Below, one piece after another: positions 48,201-56,554 of a stretch of DNA of 64,000 nt (positions are counted from its first letter, which is position 1; each line of letters opens with the position of its first letter). Under the pieces are notes generated by a model. The model saw only the letters and a program-made list of their open reading frames with translations. It made no database searches and was not told the DNA's origin. This DNA is from an uncultured Gammaproteobacteria bacterium. GTDB lineage: Bacteria; Actinomycetota; Acidimicrobiia; Acidimicrobiales; Aldehydirespiratoraceae. Where the stretch lies: assembly GCA_964196195.1 (NCBI GenBank), contig CAXMSE010000027.1, forward strand, positions 20,775 to 84,774, written 5' to 3'. The translations under genes and the position numbers were made by a program.

Positions 48201-50091
48201 CGGCATCGGCGACATGTCGGGCGACGTGTTCGGCAACGCGATGCTGCTGTCCGAACACACTCACCTGATCGCGGCATTTGATCATCGCAATGTGTTCATC
48301 GACCCAGATCCCGACGCCGTGGCCACCCACGCGGAGAGGGCTCGACTGTTTGCTCTGCCGAGATCGAGTTGGGAAGATTTTGATGCCGATCTGATCTCTG
48401 AGGGTGGGGGCATCTACTCTCGCTCGGCGAAATCGATCGAGCTCAGCGAGCAGGCCAGGAATGCCCTGGGCATCGACGCCGGGAGTGTCACCCCCGACGA
48501 GCTGATCGCCGGTGTTCTGAGAGCGCCGGTCGAGCTCTTGTGGAACGGCGGCATCGGCACCTACGTGAAGGCATCGGATGAAACCCACGCCGAGGTGGGC
48601 GACAAGGCCAACGACACCATCAGGGTCGATGGTTGCGATCTGAGGGTCCAGGTGGTCGGTGAAGGCGGCAACCTCGGAGTGACCCAGCGGGGGCGGGTCG
48701 AGTTCGCAGCGGCGAACGGACGTATCTATACCGATGCGATCGACAACGCCGGTGGCGTGGACTGCTCGGATCACGAGGTCAACATCAAGATCCTTCTCGA
48801 TCAGGTCACTGCGGCCGGCGATCTCACCGTGAAGCAGCGCAACGGGCTGCTTGCCGAGATGACCGACGAGGTCGGTGCCTTGGTGTTGGCCAACAACTAC
48901 AACCAGACCCAGGCGCTCAGCACCGCCAGGAGTGAAGCGGCGAGCATGGTGGAGGTGCACGCCCGCTACATGTCGAGCCTGGAGGGGCGGGGCCTCCTTG
49001 ATCGGTCACTCGAGCGCCTACCCGACGTAGAAGAAATGGCGGATCGTAGTCATGCTGGCAGGGGATTGACGGCGCCGGAGCTGGCTGTCCTGCTCGCTTA
49101 CACCAAGATCACGCTCGACAGTGAGCTGCTTGCGTCGAAGGTTCCCGATGACGACGTGTTTGTGTCATTGTTGATGGACTATTTCCCCACCGCGTTGCAG
49201 GAGCGCTATCCGGATCAGATCCGCAACCATCGCCTACGGCGGGAGATCATCTCTAACCGAATCTCCAATGTGGTGGTCGACCGGGGCGGCACTTCTCTGA
49301 TCTACCGGCTCACCCAGGAGACGTCCGCTCCGAGCCCCGATGTGGCCGCCGCGCACATGGCGGTGTGGGAGATCTTCCAGCTCGATGATCTGAGCCGCGC
49401 GGTGAACGACTGCGAAGCGGTGCTGCCCGCTGAGCGTCAGATGGCGATCCATCTGTCGGGGCGCCAGCTCGCGGAGCGAGCCACCCGTCTGCTGATCCGC
49501 AGCCGTTCTTTCCCGTTCAGCGCCGCCTCGGCGGTGGACGACCTGGCTGCTCCTGTCCAGGAGACGGTTGCCCACCTGTCGGAATATCTGGCCGGTTCGG
49601 ATCGCCTCGCCTTCGAGTTGGCGAAACGCGAGATGGCCGACGAGGGCTTGCCCGATGAGCTCGGCGCGAGGGTTGCCGCGTTGGCACCGTCTCTCGCTGC
49701 TCTCGACATCGCCGACGTGGCCCGTGCCAGCGGGGTTGTCTTGCCCACCGTGGCGGCGGTCCATTTCATGATCGCCGACCAGCTCGAGCTCAACTGGTTG
49801 CGCGATCGGATCCTCGATCTTCCCCGCGACAACCAGTGGTCGTCGCTGGCGCGGCTCACCTTGCGCGGCGATCTATACGCCGAGCATCGGGCCCTGACCA
49901 CCCAACTCATCGCCGACTGTGCCGATGATGCGTCAGATGATCTGGTGGCTCGGTGGATACGGCGACATGAGCTGCCGGTGGCTTACTACCGCGACACGAT
50001 CGCCGCGATACGAGCAGCGGGAGCGGCTGATCTCACCACCTTGCTGGTGGCGGCCCGAGAGGTCCGAAAGCTGATCGCCCACACTGCTTGA
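45268..50091 (+). CDS. NAD-specific glutamate dehydrogenase, large (~180 kDa) class
   Basis: 1607 aa, matching the very large bacterial NAD-GDH family in size and layout. The catalytic core region reads VPSGAKGGFV..VVAADKGTATFSD..GGSHGYDHKAMGITARG..GDMSGDVFGN. Confidence 0.9.
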   Translation: MVDLNMGDRATAEVIDRVVAYGSDVAGPGSNVDEAFLRCYFAHVGGADLLDRRIEDLFGRAAEHARLGMEWESGSPTVVLQNPKIDVDGWESDHTIVMLVTDDLPFLVDSVTMELSRLQLGIHLAIHPILIDLRSEDGAFADPRDHHDSEAGQASFISIEVDRQTDPDQIQAIEDNLRRVLGDVRAAVEDWSVMRQKMRDIANALIDEALPIPDAEVEEAHELLSWLAENNFVFLGYREYSLADDHLIAYPSSGLGILRSKNGEEARGRPLSEMAPAVQARATAAVLLNITKATSKSTIHRAVHLDYVGVKTFNAAGEVNGERRFLGLYTIEAYSQSVTRVPRLRRLASEVLERAGYPPGGHDEKALRAILEAYPRDELFQIETDELFEIAMGIAALQERRRVRVFARSELFGRFVTVMVYMPRDRYNTVARTGIQDLLLEAYGGSSADWTTDISQSVLSRTLFHLRVDSGHVAVVDVPALEARIEALLRDWLDDFVAELVHEEGEHIGVGLGRTYAKAFSQDYQGAFSPRIAIADVQQMEGLGDNGQLSLNVYREPGQPRNAFKLKLYRRGERVSLTAVMPTLSNLGVEVVDERPYEVHPEGQESIWIYDFWLEYPDLQLDFGEVAELIEQTFDAVWCGDVSNDGLNRLVLSAGMGPREVGILRAYARYLHQARLGYTRHFVENTFVDHADAARLLVELFGARFDPDRDDREIAAAAITEEFFAQVENVTSLDQDRLLRRFHNLIAGTLRTNCFQLHDRDNGETPPYLAFKLDPKSIDDLPEPRPQYEIYVYSPRFEGVHLRSGAVARGGLRWSDRLEDYRTEVLGLAKAQMVKNAVIVPSGAKGGFVLKRPPTDGDPASLREEVVVCYQLFVSALLDITDNLVGTEVVAPARTVRYDGDDTYLVVAADKGTATFSDIANELAMSRSMWLGDAFASGGSHGYDHKAMGITARGGWESVKRHFRELGRNIQTDPFTAVGIGDMSGDVFGNAMLLSEHTHLIAAFDHRNVFIDPDPDAVATHAERARLFALPRSSWEDFDADLISEGGGIYSRSAKSIELSEQARNALGIDAGSVTPDELIAGVLRAPVELLWNGGIGTYVKASDETHAEVGDKANDTIRVDGCDLRVQVVGEGGNLGVTQRGRVEFAAANGRIYTDAIDNAGGVDCSDHEVNIKILLDQVTAAGDLTVKQRNGLLAEMTDEVGALVLANNYNQTQALSTARSEAASMVEVHARYMSSLEGRGLLDRSLERLPDVEEMADRSHAGRGLTAPELAVLLAYTKITLDSELLASKVPDDDVFVSLLMDYFPTALQERYPDQIRNHRLRREIISNRISNVVVDRGGTSLIYRLTQETSAPSPDVAAAHMAVWEIFQLDDLSRAVNDCEAVLPAERQMAIHLSGRQLAERATRLLIRSRSFPFSAASAVDDLAAPVQETVAHLSEYLAGSDRLAFELAKREMADEGLPDELGARVAALAPSLAALDIADVARASGVVLPTVAAVHFMIADQLELNWLRDRILDLPRDNQWSSLARLTLRGDLYAEHRALTTQLIADCADDASDDLVARWIRRHELPVAYYRDTIAAIRAAGAADLTTLLVAAREVRKLIAHTA

Positions 50092-50116
50092 GTGCGGCGA
50101 CCGGATGCTTGTGGGA

Positions 50117-50299
50117 TCAGGCGCTGAGCGCGAGTTCGGAGACAGCGGGCATCAGGGTGCCTGCGGTGGGGCTGAGCTGATCACAGGCTCGACAGCGCCA
50201 CCAGGTGACGGTCTGGAAACTTCCTTCGTCAACCGTCACGATCTGGTTGGTATGGACGTGCTGGCTCTTGCGGCAGCTGGTACAGGCGAGGGTTTCCAT
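50117..50299 (-). CDS. small zinc-ribbon protein (60 aa)
   Basis: CTSC..(29 aa)..CRAC cysteine pairs. GC3 about 80 percent. GGAAGGA lies 6 nt upstream of the ATG. Confidence 0.55.
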   Translation of the reverse strand: METLACTSCRKSQHVHTNQIVTVDEGSFQTVTWWRCRACDQLSPTAGTLMPAVSELALSA

Positions 50300-50401
50300 G
50301 TCAGATCCTTCCGATGTGCGCTCCTGTGATTATCGCTCACGTCAGACCGCAATGGGCACTGTATAGTTGGCGAATCGTGCCTAATCGTGTGAGTAAATCT
50401 G

Positions 50402-50836
50402 GTGTTTGACTCTATCGACCGCACTATTCTCCGTGCGCTTCAGAGAGACGGTCGGCAGTCGAATCGCGACCTTGCCGAACGTGTGGGGTTGAGTCCCAAT
50501 GCAACCGGGGTGAGGCTCAAGCGACTGTTCGAATCCGGCGTCATCACCGGCATACACGCCCAGCTCGATCAGCCTGCGCTCGGCCGGCCGATAGAAACGA
50601 TCGTGGAAATGAGGGTTCGCGACGGCGTCGAACGTGACGAGCTGCGCAGCTTCTTCCGTGAGGACCGGCGCGTCGTGGAGGCCTGGCTCATCACCGGTCG
50701 AACCGACTACATCTTGCGCGTTGCCGCCGAGTCCACCACCGACCTCCACGATCTACTCCAGGAGCTCGGCCATGGGCGGGGGTTCGCCGACGAGATCGTC
50801 ACCAGCCTCATCCTCGAACGGATCTGGGCCCAGTGA
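50402..50836 (+). CDS. Lrp/AsnC family transcriptional regulator
   Basis: DSIDRTILRALQRDGRQSNRDLAERVGLSPNATGVRLKRL HTH plus a C-terminal RAM-like domain. GTG start. Confidence 0.85.
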   Translation: MFDSIDRTILRALQRDGRQSNRDLAERVGLSPNATGVRLKRLFESGVITGIHAQLDQPALGRPIETIVEMRVRDGVERDELRSFFREDRRVVEAWLITGRTDYILRVAAESTTDLHDLLQELGHGRGFADEIVTSLILERIWAQ

Positions 50837-50870
50837 GTGTGGCCCCCGACGTCAGCAGTTCCCGTCGAGC

Positions 50871-51911
50871 TCAGCTCTCTGTGAACTCGTCATCCCAGGT
50901 TCGCAGGAACCGATGGAAGCGCTGGTGGGCGTAAGGAAGGAAGCGGATCTTCTGGATGGGCTCGAGCGCCAACGGAAGCGCGGCCATGGCGTACATGTAG
51001 TCCGAGAGCATGATCGCCCGGCGCGTCTCCGTGACGAGTTCGGTGTGCTCCGCTGCTCTGCGCCCAGGATCGTCGAACTGCGCGTTGTCGAGATAGAAGC
51101 CGATGAGAGAGCCGAGATCAGCGTCGGTGAAACGGGGCTCGCCGATCCGAAAGTGGGGTGGGTCGACGAAGCCGTGCTCCATGATCGTCTCCGCGAAGAG
51201 GTTGGCGAAGTCGAACGCGATGTGATTGTGACACGAGAACTCGAAGTCGAGCAGCTTGATGGTGCCGTCGGTGAGCTGCATCACATTGCCGTGGTAGGTG
51301 TCGTTGTGGCAGAAGACCGGAGCACGGTCGGGGAGGCACCGGCGAACCTTCTCGATGGTCGACTCGGCATGGATGGCCGAAAGTTCCTCGCACAGATGCT
51401 GCTCCTCGGGGGGAAACTCGTGGCGGTGATCGGTGAGCACGGCTCGAGCCATGGCTCCCCACTTGGAGTAGAGAAGATCGAAGAAGGTGTCAGCGGGGAG
51501 ACCCTCCGGCTTGAGATGGTGGAGGCGCCAGAGCTCATCGGCGATGCCCTTCTGGACGGCAGGATCGAAGACGTCGTCGGCGGTGAGGGTGCGACCTACG
51601 AAGAACTCCTCGACGCGGCATATGTCGTCCATCAGGTGGGTCCGGGCCGCGATCTTGTGGTGGCCAAGCAGGGCGAACACGGCCTGCTCGGTGGAGAAGT
51701 CGAGGATCGCGTTCTCCTTGCCCTCGAGGTGACGGTAGAGAACGGCCGGTGGATCGATCGCGTCCTCGGAGGGCCGGCGAGCACGGATCCCCATTGTGAA
51801 AGAAGAGAAGCCCTTGGGCGGGTCGAACTCGAAATCCTCGACTGTGTGACCCTCCCAAGACGCCAGCACTGACTGGCACTTCTCGAGTGCCATCTGCTCC
51901 ACCGAAGTCAT
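50871..51911 (-). CDS. choline/ethanolamine kinase-like phosphotransferase (APH/ChoK family)
   Basis: Brenner motif FCHNDTYHGNVM and the metal-binding LLDFEF. The start is ATG 51911 or ATG 51971. Confidence 0.75.
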   Translation of the reverse strand: MTSVEQMALEKCQSVLASWEGHTVEDFEFDPPKGFSSFTMGIRARRPSEDAIDPPAVLYRHLEGKENAILDFSTEQAVFALLGHHKIAARTHLMDDICRVEEFFVGRTLTADDVFDPAVQKGIADELWRLHHLKPEGLPADTFFDLLYSKWGAMARAVLTDHRHEFPPEEQHLCEELSAIHAESTIEKVRRCLPDRAPVFCHNDTYHGNVMQLTDGTIKLLDFEFSCHNHIAFDFANLFAETIMEHGFVDPPHFRIGEPRFTDADLGSLIGFYLDNAQFDDPGRRAAEHTELVTETRRAIMLSDYMYAMAALPLALEPIQKIRFLPYAHQRFHRFLRTWDDEFTES

Positions 51912-52050
51912 TTCCACTGGTCCTCCGTCTGTCGACCGGGAACCAATGGTGGACCGGCGGCGTTTCGACATATGGCGATGATGAAGCCGGGCACGGCCGT
52001 CCTTGGAAAGCCAGCCGTGCCCGACACGCCACCTCAACCACTAGGAGAAG

Positions 52051-53409
52051 ATGACGATGAAACGATTCTACAGACGGCCGGTATGGGCTGTCGTCACATT
52101 GAGCCTCATAGCCGCCCTGGCTCTCACCCCGGCTGCATCCGCATCGGGTGGAGGAGGCGATTCCGGGGAACGGAGCTATCTCGTGACGATCGAGAACCTC
52201 ACGGCCGGCCAACCGTTCACCCCTCCAGTGGCGGTCACCCACCACCCTCGCACCGGGATTTTCTCTCCCGGCGACGCGGCATCGCCCGAGCTGCAGGGCC
52301 TGGCCGAGAACGGCAACGTTCCCGGGCTCGCGGCCGCTCTTCAGGCCGACCCGAGGGTCGATGAGATCGTCGTGGCCGACTCCACCGGGCCGGTGCTGCC
52401 GGGTGCCTCGGTGACCTTCGAGATCACTTCGGCACCGTCACGTCGCCAGCTGTCGATCGCCGCGATGCTGATCTGCACCAACGACGGATTCGCAGGGCTC
52501 GACTCTCTACGGTTGCCACGCGAACACGGCGAACCGACCGTGGTCTACGCGGACGGCTATGACGCAGGCACCGAGGTCAATACCGAGGACTTCGACGATC
52601 TCGTGCCCCCGTGTGGACCCCTCACCGGTGTCGATTCGATGGGTGCCGGTAGCGGCATGTCCGATCCGGCCCTGGCCGAAGGTGAAGACATCGAGGATCA
52701 TGACGGCATCGACGGTGTCGCCGATCTCGACCCTGCGGTCCACGACTTCGACGGGCCGGTCGCCAAGATCACGATCACCCGCACCGATGGTCTCAGGGTC
52801 TACGAGGTTGCCGTCAGGAACCTCACCGACGGTCAGCCGTTCACCCCGCCGGTAATCATCACCCATGGCCACGACTTCGACCTGTTCGACGTGGGCGACG
52901 AGGCCGGCGATGCGGTGCAGGGCCTCGCCGAGAACGGCAACGTTCCCGGTGTCGTGGCGGCTGTCGAAGGCCGGGAGGACGTGAGCCACGTGTTTGCGGC
53001 CGGCGCTCCGGTGCTACCCGGTGGCGATGCCGTTTTCACCGTGAACGCCTATCCGGGCGCTCGTCGCATCACTGTGGCGTCGATGCTCATCTGTACCAAC
53101 GACGGATTCACCGGTCTTGACAGTGCCCGTCTCCCGCGTTGGCTTGGTGAGACGGCCACCTACACGGCCCGCGGCTACGACGCCGGCACCGAGGTCAACA
53201 CCGAGGACTTCGATGATCTGGTTCCGCCTTGCGGACCCCTCACCGGCGTCGATTCGATGGGCGCGGGCACTGGCATGACCGATCCGACTCTCGCTGAGGA
53301 TGGTGAGATCAGGCGCCATCGCGGAGTGGCCGGCAGCGGCGATCTCGTGCCTTCGATCCACGACTGGAATGGAGCATCCATCGAGGTGAGCATCACTCGA
53401 GTCGGCTGA
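52051..53409 (+). CDS. secreted protein with two tandem spondin_N-like domains
   Basis: AGGAG RBS and a signal peptide ending ALTPAASA. Two ~205-aa repeats each carry NLTxGQPFTPPV, GLAENGNVPG, MLICTNDGF and YDAGTEVNTEDFDDLVPPCGPLTGVDSMGAG. Confidence 0.75.
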   Translation: MTMKRFYRRPVWAVVTLSLIAALALTPAASASGGGGDSGERSYLVTIENLTAGQPFTPPVAVTHHPRTGIFSPGDAASPELQGLAENGNVPGLAAALQADPRVDEIVVADSTGPVLPGASVTFEITSAPSRRQLSIAAMLICTNDGFAGLDSLRLPREHGEPTVVYADGYDAGTEVNTEDFDDLVPPCGPLTGVDSMGAGSGMSDPALAEGEDIEDHDGIDGVADLDPAVHDFDGPVAKITITRTDGLRVYEVAVRNLTDGQPFTPPVIITHGHDFDLFDVGDEAGDAVQGLAENGNVPGVVAAVEGREDVSHVFAAGAPVLPGGDAVFTVNAYPGARRITVASMLICTNDGFTGLDSARLPRWLGETATYTARGYDAGTEVNTEDFDDLVPPCGPLTGVDSMGAGTGMTDPTLAEDGEIRRHRGVAGSGDLVPSIHDWNGASIEVSITRVG

Positions 53410-53420
53410 CATTTTCCGGC

Positions 53421-53450
53421 GGGGTGGGCCCCGATAGTAAGGCCCACCCC
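53421..53450 (+). terminator. stem-loop downstream of the spondin-like gene (putative intrinsic terminator without a U-tract)
   Basis: GGGGTGGGCC-ccgatagtaa-GGCCCACCCC, a perfect 10-bp stem 12 nt after the stop codon. Confidence 0.45.
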
Positions 53451-53525
53451 GACGGATCGTGTGACTGTGTAGGAGGATGGGCTTCTACGATGAACCTCCC
53501 CCAGCGGTGAACACAGGAGTCCTCT

Positions 53526-54572
53526 GTGAGTGTTATCAAGGGCCGCGATAGCCAGAACGATCGACGACTCGACCCCCGCGTGCGTGACCTGCTGGCCTTC
53601 GTTCTGGCTCCTCCGGTGCCCGACGTGAGTAGCCGTGAGGAGCTAGTGGCCCTGTCCAACACTCCGGAGTTGGCGCGGGATCGGGTTGCTATGGCCCCGG
53701 TGCTCGAGATGTGCGACACCGAGGAGTTCGCCCCTTCGGAGGGGCTGGTCTCGCGAACGTTGGAGCTCGAGTCGGCGCCCGACGCCAACACTGTGAAGAT
53801 CAACTTCATCCGGCCTGAAGGCCATCAATCGGTGCCGTGCGTCTACTACATCCACGGCGGCGGAATGGCCACACTGTCGGCCTTCGATGGGAACTATCGG
53901 GCCTGGGGGAAGATCATCGCGGCCAACAATGTGGCGGTGGCGATGGTGGATTTCCGCAACTGTGCGGTTGCGTCGTCTGCGCCAGAGGTGGAGCCGTATC
54001 CGTCGGGCCTGAACGACTGTGTCTCGGGCCTGCGGTGGCTGGCGGCCAACCATGCAGATCTCGGCATCGACGCCAACCGAATCGTGGTGGCCGGAGACAG
54101 TGGCGGCGGCAATCTCACGCTGGCGACGGGGCTTCGGCTCAAAAACGACGGGGATCTCGACCTGATCAGGGGCCTCTACGCCTGTTGTCCCTTCATTGCG
54201 GGTAAGTGGCCTCAGGAGCGCTATCCGTCGTCGGTCGAAAACAACGGCATCTTCATCAATGTGACGAACAACTGGGGTCGCGTCGGATATGGGATCGAAG
54301 CTTGGGAGGCGAAGGACCCGATGGCGTGGCCCGGTCTGGCCACGGTCGACGATGTCGCCGGCATGGTGCCCACCGTGATCAGTGTCAACGAATGCGACCC
54401 TCTGCGCGACGAGGGCATCGACTTCTATCGACTGTTACTGGAAGCGGGGGTGGATGCGCGCTGTCGTCAGGTGATGGGCACCATGCACGCCACCGAGATG
54501 TTTCCGATGCTGTGTCCCGAGATCTCGCGAGATACGGCGCGTGATATCGCGGCATTCTCCCGAGGGCTCTGA
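53526..54572 (+). CDS. alpha/beta hydrolase, hormone-sensitive-lipase-like esterase (Abhydrolase_3)
   Basis: Oxyanion motif YIHGGGM, nucleophile elbow GDSGGGN, and a C-terminal DPLRDEG..MH triad region. Confidence 0.88.
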   Translation: MSVIKGRDSQNDRRLDPRVRDLLAFVLAPPVPDVSSREELVALSNTPELARDRVAMAPVLEMCDTEEFAPSEGLVSRTLELESAPDANTVKINFIRPEGHQSVPCVYYIHGGGMATLSAFDGNYRAWGKIIAANNVAVAMVDFRNCAVASSAPEVEPYPSGLNDCVSGLRWLAANHADLGIDANRIVVAGDSGGGNLTLATGLRLKNDGDLDLIRGLYACCPFIAGKWPQERYPSSVENNGIFINVTNNWGRVGYGIEAWEAKDPMAWPGLATVDDVAGMVPTVISVNECDPLRDEGIDFYRLLLEAGVDARCRQVMGTMHATEMFPMLCPEISRDTARDIAAFSRGL

Positions 54573-54747
54573 ATCCGGTCTTCTCGGGTCATGGTGCCGG
54601 GGTGAACGCCACCTCGACCCCGATCGTCGCGGATTCCGGGTTGAAGTTCGTCAGCACGAGCCTCAGTTCGATGGCGCTATCGGCAACCAATGTTGCGTCG
54701 AACGCTGTGCTCCATTCCCGGACGGACCCGCCCACTGCGCTGTGGGG

Positions 54748-55152
54748 TCAAGTGGGCGAGTAGTCGTCAGGTTGGGCGGCAAGGCCGTCTTGTTCCGAAA
54801 GGAAGTAGTTGGTCGATCCGTCGTTCGAAGCGACGGTGAGTCGGTTGTCGAAGACGCCGCCGGGGGGCACACCGAGCCGGCCCTCGAAGTCTGACCAATC
54901 GACCGTCACACACCCCGAGAGGGGGTGTTCGCGGTTGCATTCCTGGGAGGGACGACTCGTATCTCGAAGTCGTACGGCCAACCGGCCGGCGCCGTTCGAG
55001 ACACCCTCGGGGAGCGTGCCGGTGAGAATGACCGGTTCGTGGAACCCGGGCTGGCCGAACTCCTGCGCTCCGGCCACATCGACCGAATCGGCCAGCAGGA
55101 TCAGATCGTCGCTCTGAGCAGCTGCCGGGGCGGGGGTCGGGGTCGTAGGCAC
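54748..55152 (-). CDS. hypothetical beta-rich protein starting with a Pro/Thr linker; stop TGA at 54748-54750 but coding signal continues in frame to 54589
   Basis: The GTG at 55152 is the only start after the upstream stop. GC3-rich. After the TGA, 52 more sense codons (PHSAVGGSVREWSTAFDATLVADSAIELRLVLTNFNPESATIGVEVAFTPAP) run with GC3 near 80 percent. Confidence 0.4.
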   Translation of the reverse strand: MPTTPTPAPAAAQSDDLILLADSVDVAGAQEFGQPGFHEPVILTGTLPEGVSNGAGRLAVRLRDTSRPSQECNREHPLSGCVTVDWSDFEGRLGVPPGGVFDNRLTVASNDGSTNYFLSEQDGLAAQPDDYSPT

Positions 55153-55181
55153 GGCCCGTTCGGGACGCGAATGTTTCCGCC

Positions 55182-56465
55182 TCAGCCGGTGGTGGCGTAG
55201 ACGACTTCGCCGGTGAGAGGACCGTTGGCGATCACCTCGAAGTAGCTGAGGTGCGGCACGCCGCCGTCGTCGACTGCGAGGGTGACCAGCTGCCCGAGGG
55301 GCAGGTCGCCGGCGGTGACAACCTGTTCGATGGCCCATGATCCATCGGTGGACAGGCGGGCGAGCCAGACGCCGGTGGTATCGGAGTAGGCGATGACGAC
55401 TTCGCCGTCTGGGCCGAGGTCGAGTGAGGTGATGCGGCGGGCCCCCTCGAAGCCGGGTTGTACCGAATCGAGTACCGCGATCGTGGATGTTTCCCATGTG
55501 CCGGTGCTGTTGCCGGCGTAGATGACTTCGCCGGTGTCGGCGTTCCAGTAACTGATGTGGGCGGCTCCGTCGTCATCGAACGCGAACGACGAGAATCGGC
55601 CCACGTCGCCGTCGGAGACCACCGTCTCGAGTGTCCACGTGCCCCCAGGTGCCCGGCTGGCGAAGATCAAGTCGCTGGTGCTGTTCGCGAAGTAGGTCAT
55701 GGCGACGGTGCCGTCGGTTGCCACCTGCAGATCGACGTTCCATTCGTATTCGGTCGGCCCGCTGCCGATCTCCTCCACGATCCACTCTCCGTCGACCAGT
55801 TCGTAATACTCGACTCCGGGGTCGCGGTCGAACTGGGAAGGGTCGACTCCGGCTGCTCGCACGACGCCGTCGGCACCGATGACGATCGTGCTGTCCCACC
55901 CGTCGTGGCCCTCGCTCGCGGCCGCCCCGACCTGCCATTCGGTGCCGTCGCGAACCGCATGGGTGAGGTCGCCCAGTTGCTGGTTGAAGCTCGAGGCCTG
56001 ATGGTCGTGGAAGGCGATGTTGGGTCGGTTGTCGAGGTCGAAGGCAAGCCCGATCGGGCCGTAGAAATAGCCTTCGGTGAGGGCGTCGACCGTCCAGTCG
56101 TCGGCCGCGCTGGCGTAGGCGACGAAGCCCTCGGGGACGTCTTCGAACAGGAAGGCGATCGCTGGATCGCCGTTGGCGTCGAGCTCCAGCGAAGGCTTGG
56201 TGCCGGCACCGATCGACACCGCGGTCCAGCCGTCGGCCACCGTCGAGGTAAGTGCCGACTCACCGGCGGCAGGGGGCGGGTCCGCGGTGGTTGAGTCGTC
56301 GGCGTCGGAGGCCTCGTCTGGAACGGCTGACTCATCATCGGCTGACTCGTCATCGTCGGCCGGTTCCGCGGTGGACGACGTCGATCCACTGTCGTCGTTG
56401 TTGTCGCTTCCGCACGCGGCTACCAACAGCACCACGGCGATTCCCAGGATCATGAATCTGCGCAT
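55182..56465 (-). CDS. predicted lipoprotein with an acidic linker and repeated beta-propeller-like units
   Basis: MRRFMILGIAVVLLVAAC-GSD lipobox. D/E/S-rich linker. Recurring DG..a..A/S..y units (e.g. DANGDPAIAF, DLDNRPNIAF, DDDGAAHISY, GPDGEVVIAY, DDGGVPHLSY). Confidence 0.7.
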   Translation of the reverse strand: MRRFMILGIAVVLLVAACGSDNNDDSGSTSSTAEPADDDESADDESAVPDEASDADDSTTADPPPAAGESALTSTVADGWTAVSIGAGTKPSLELDANGDPAIAFLFEDVPEGFVAYASAADDWTVDALTEGYFYGPIGLAFDLDNRPNIAFHDHQASSFNQQLGDLTHAVRDGTEWQVGAAASEGHDGWDSTIVIGADGVVRAAGVDPSQFDRDPGVEYYELVDGEWIVEEIGSGPTEYEWNVDLQVATDGTVAMTYFANSTSDLIFASRAPGGTWTLETVVSDGDVGRFSSFAFDDDGAAHISYWNADTGEVIYAGNSTGTWETSTIAVLDSVQPGFEGARRITSLDLGPDGEVVIAYSDTTGVWLARLSTDGSWAIEQVVTAGDLPLGQLVTLAVDDGGVPHLSYFEVIANGPLTGEVVYATTG

Positions 56466-56554
56466 CCCCACGGCAACCCGCCAGAACGAAGCCGGATTCC
56501 AAACCGTCCCCGCGATGGTCGGTGACCGTTCGATTCGAGCCCTTCTCGGGTTTT

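Noticed and set aside
21364-54750. Genome-wide reassignment of TGA to a sense codon as the explanation for both in-frame TGAs (21364-21366 and 54748-54750).
   Set aside because: Many confidently called genes in the window terminate at TGA at the expected protein end, for example 2445-2447, 4705-4707, 24227-24229 and 54570-54572. TGA is therefore a normal stop here, and any recoding must be site-specific.
56472-56554. Possible small RNA or terminator (CGAG-CCCTT-CTCG followed by GGTTTTT) and a tRNA-like GTTCGATTC string between the lipoprotein gene and the repeats.
   Set aside because: The stem is only 4 bp, no upstream plus-strand gene needs terminating, and the flanks do not fold into a T-arm or acceptor stem. 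Other GGTTCGA-type strings (e.g. 30403-30416 and 22588-22600) lie inside CDS and are not tRNAs.
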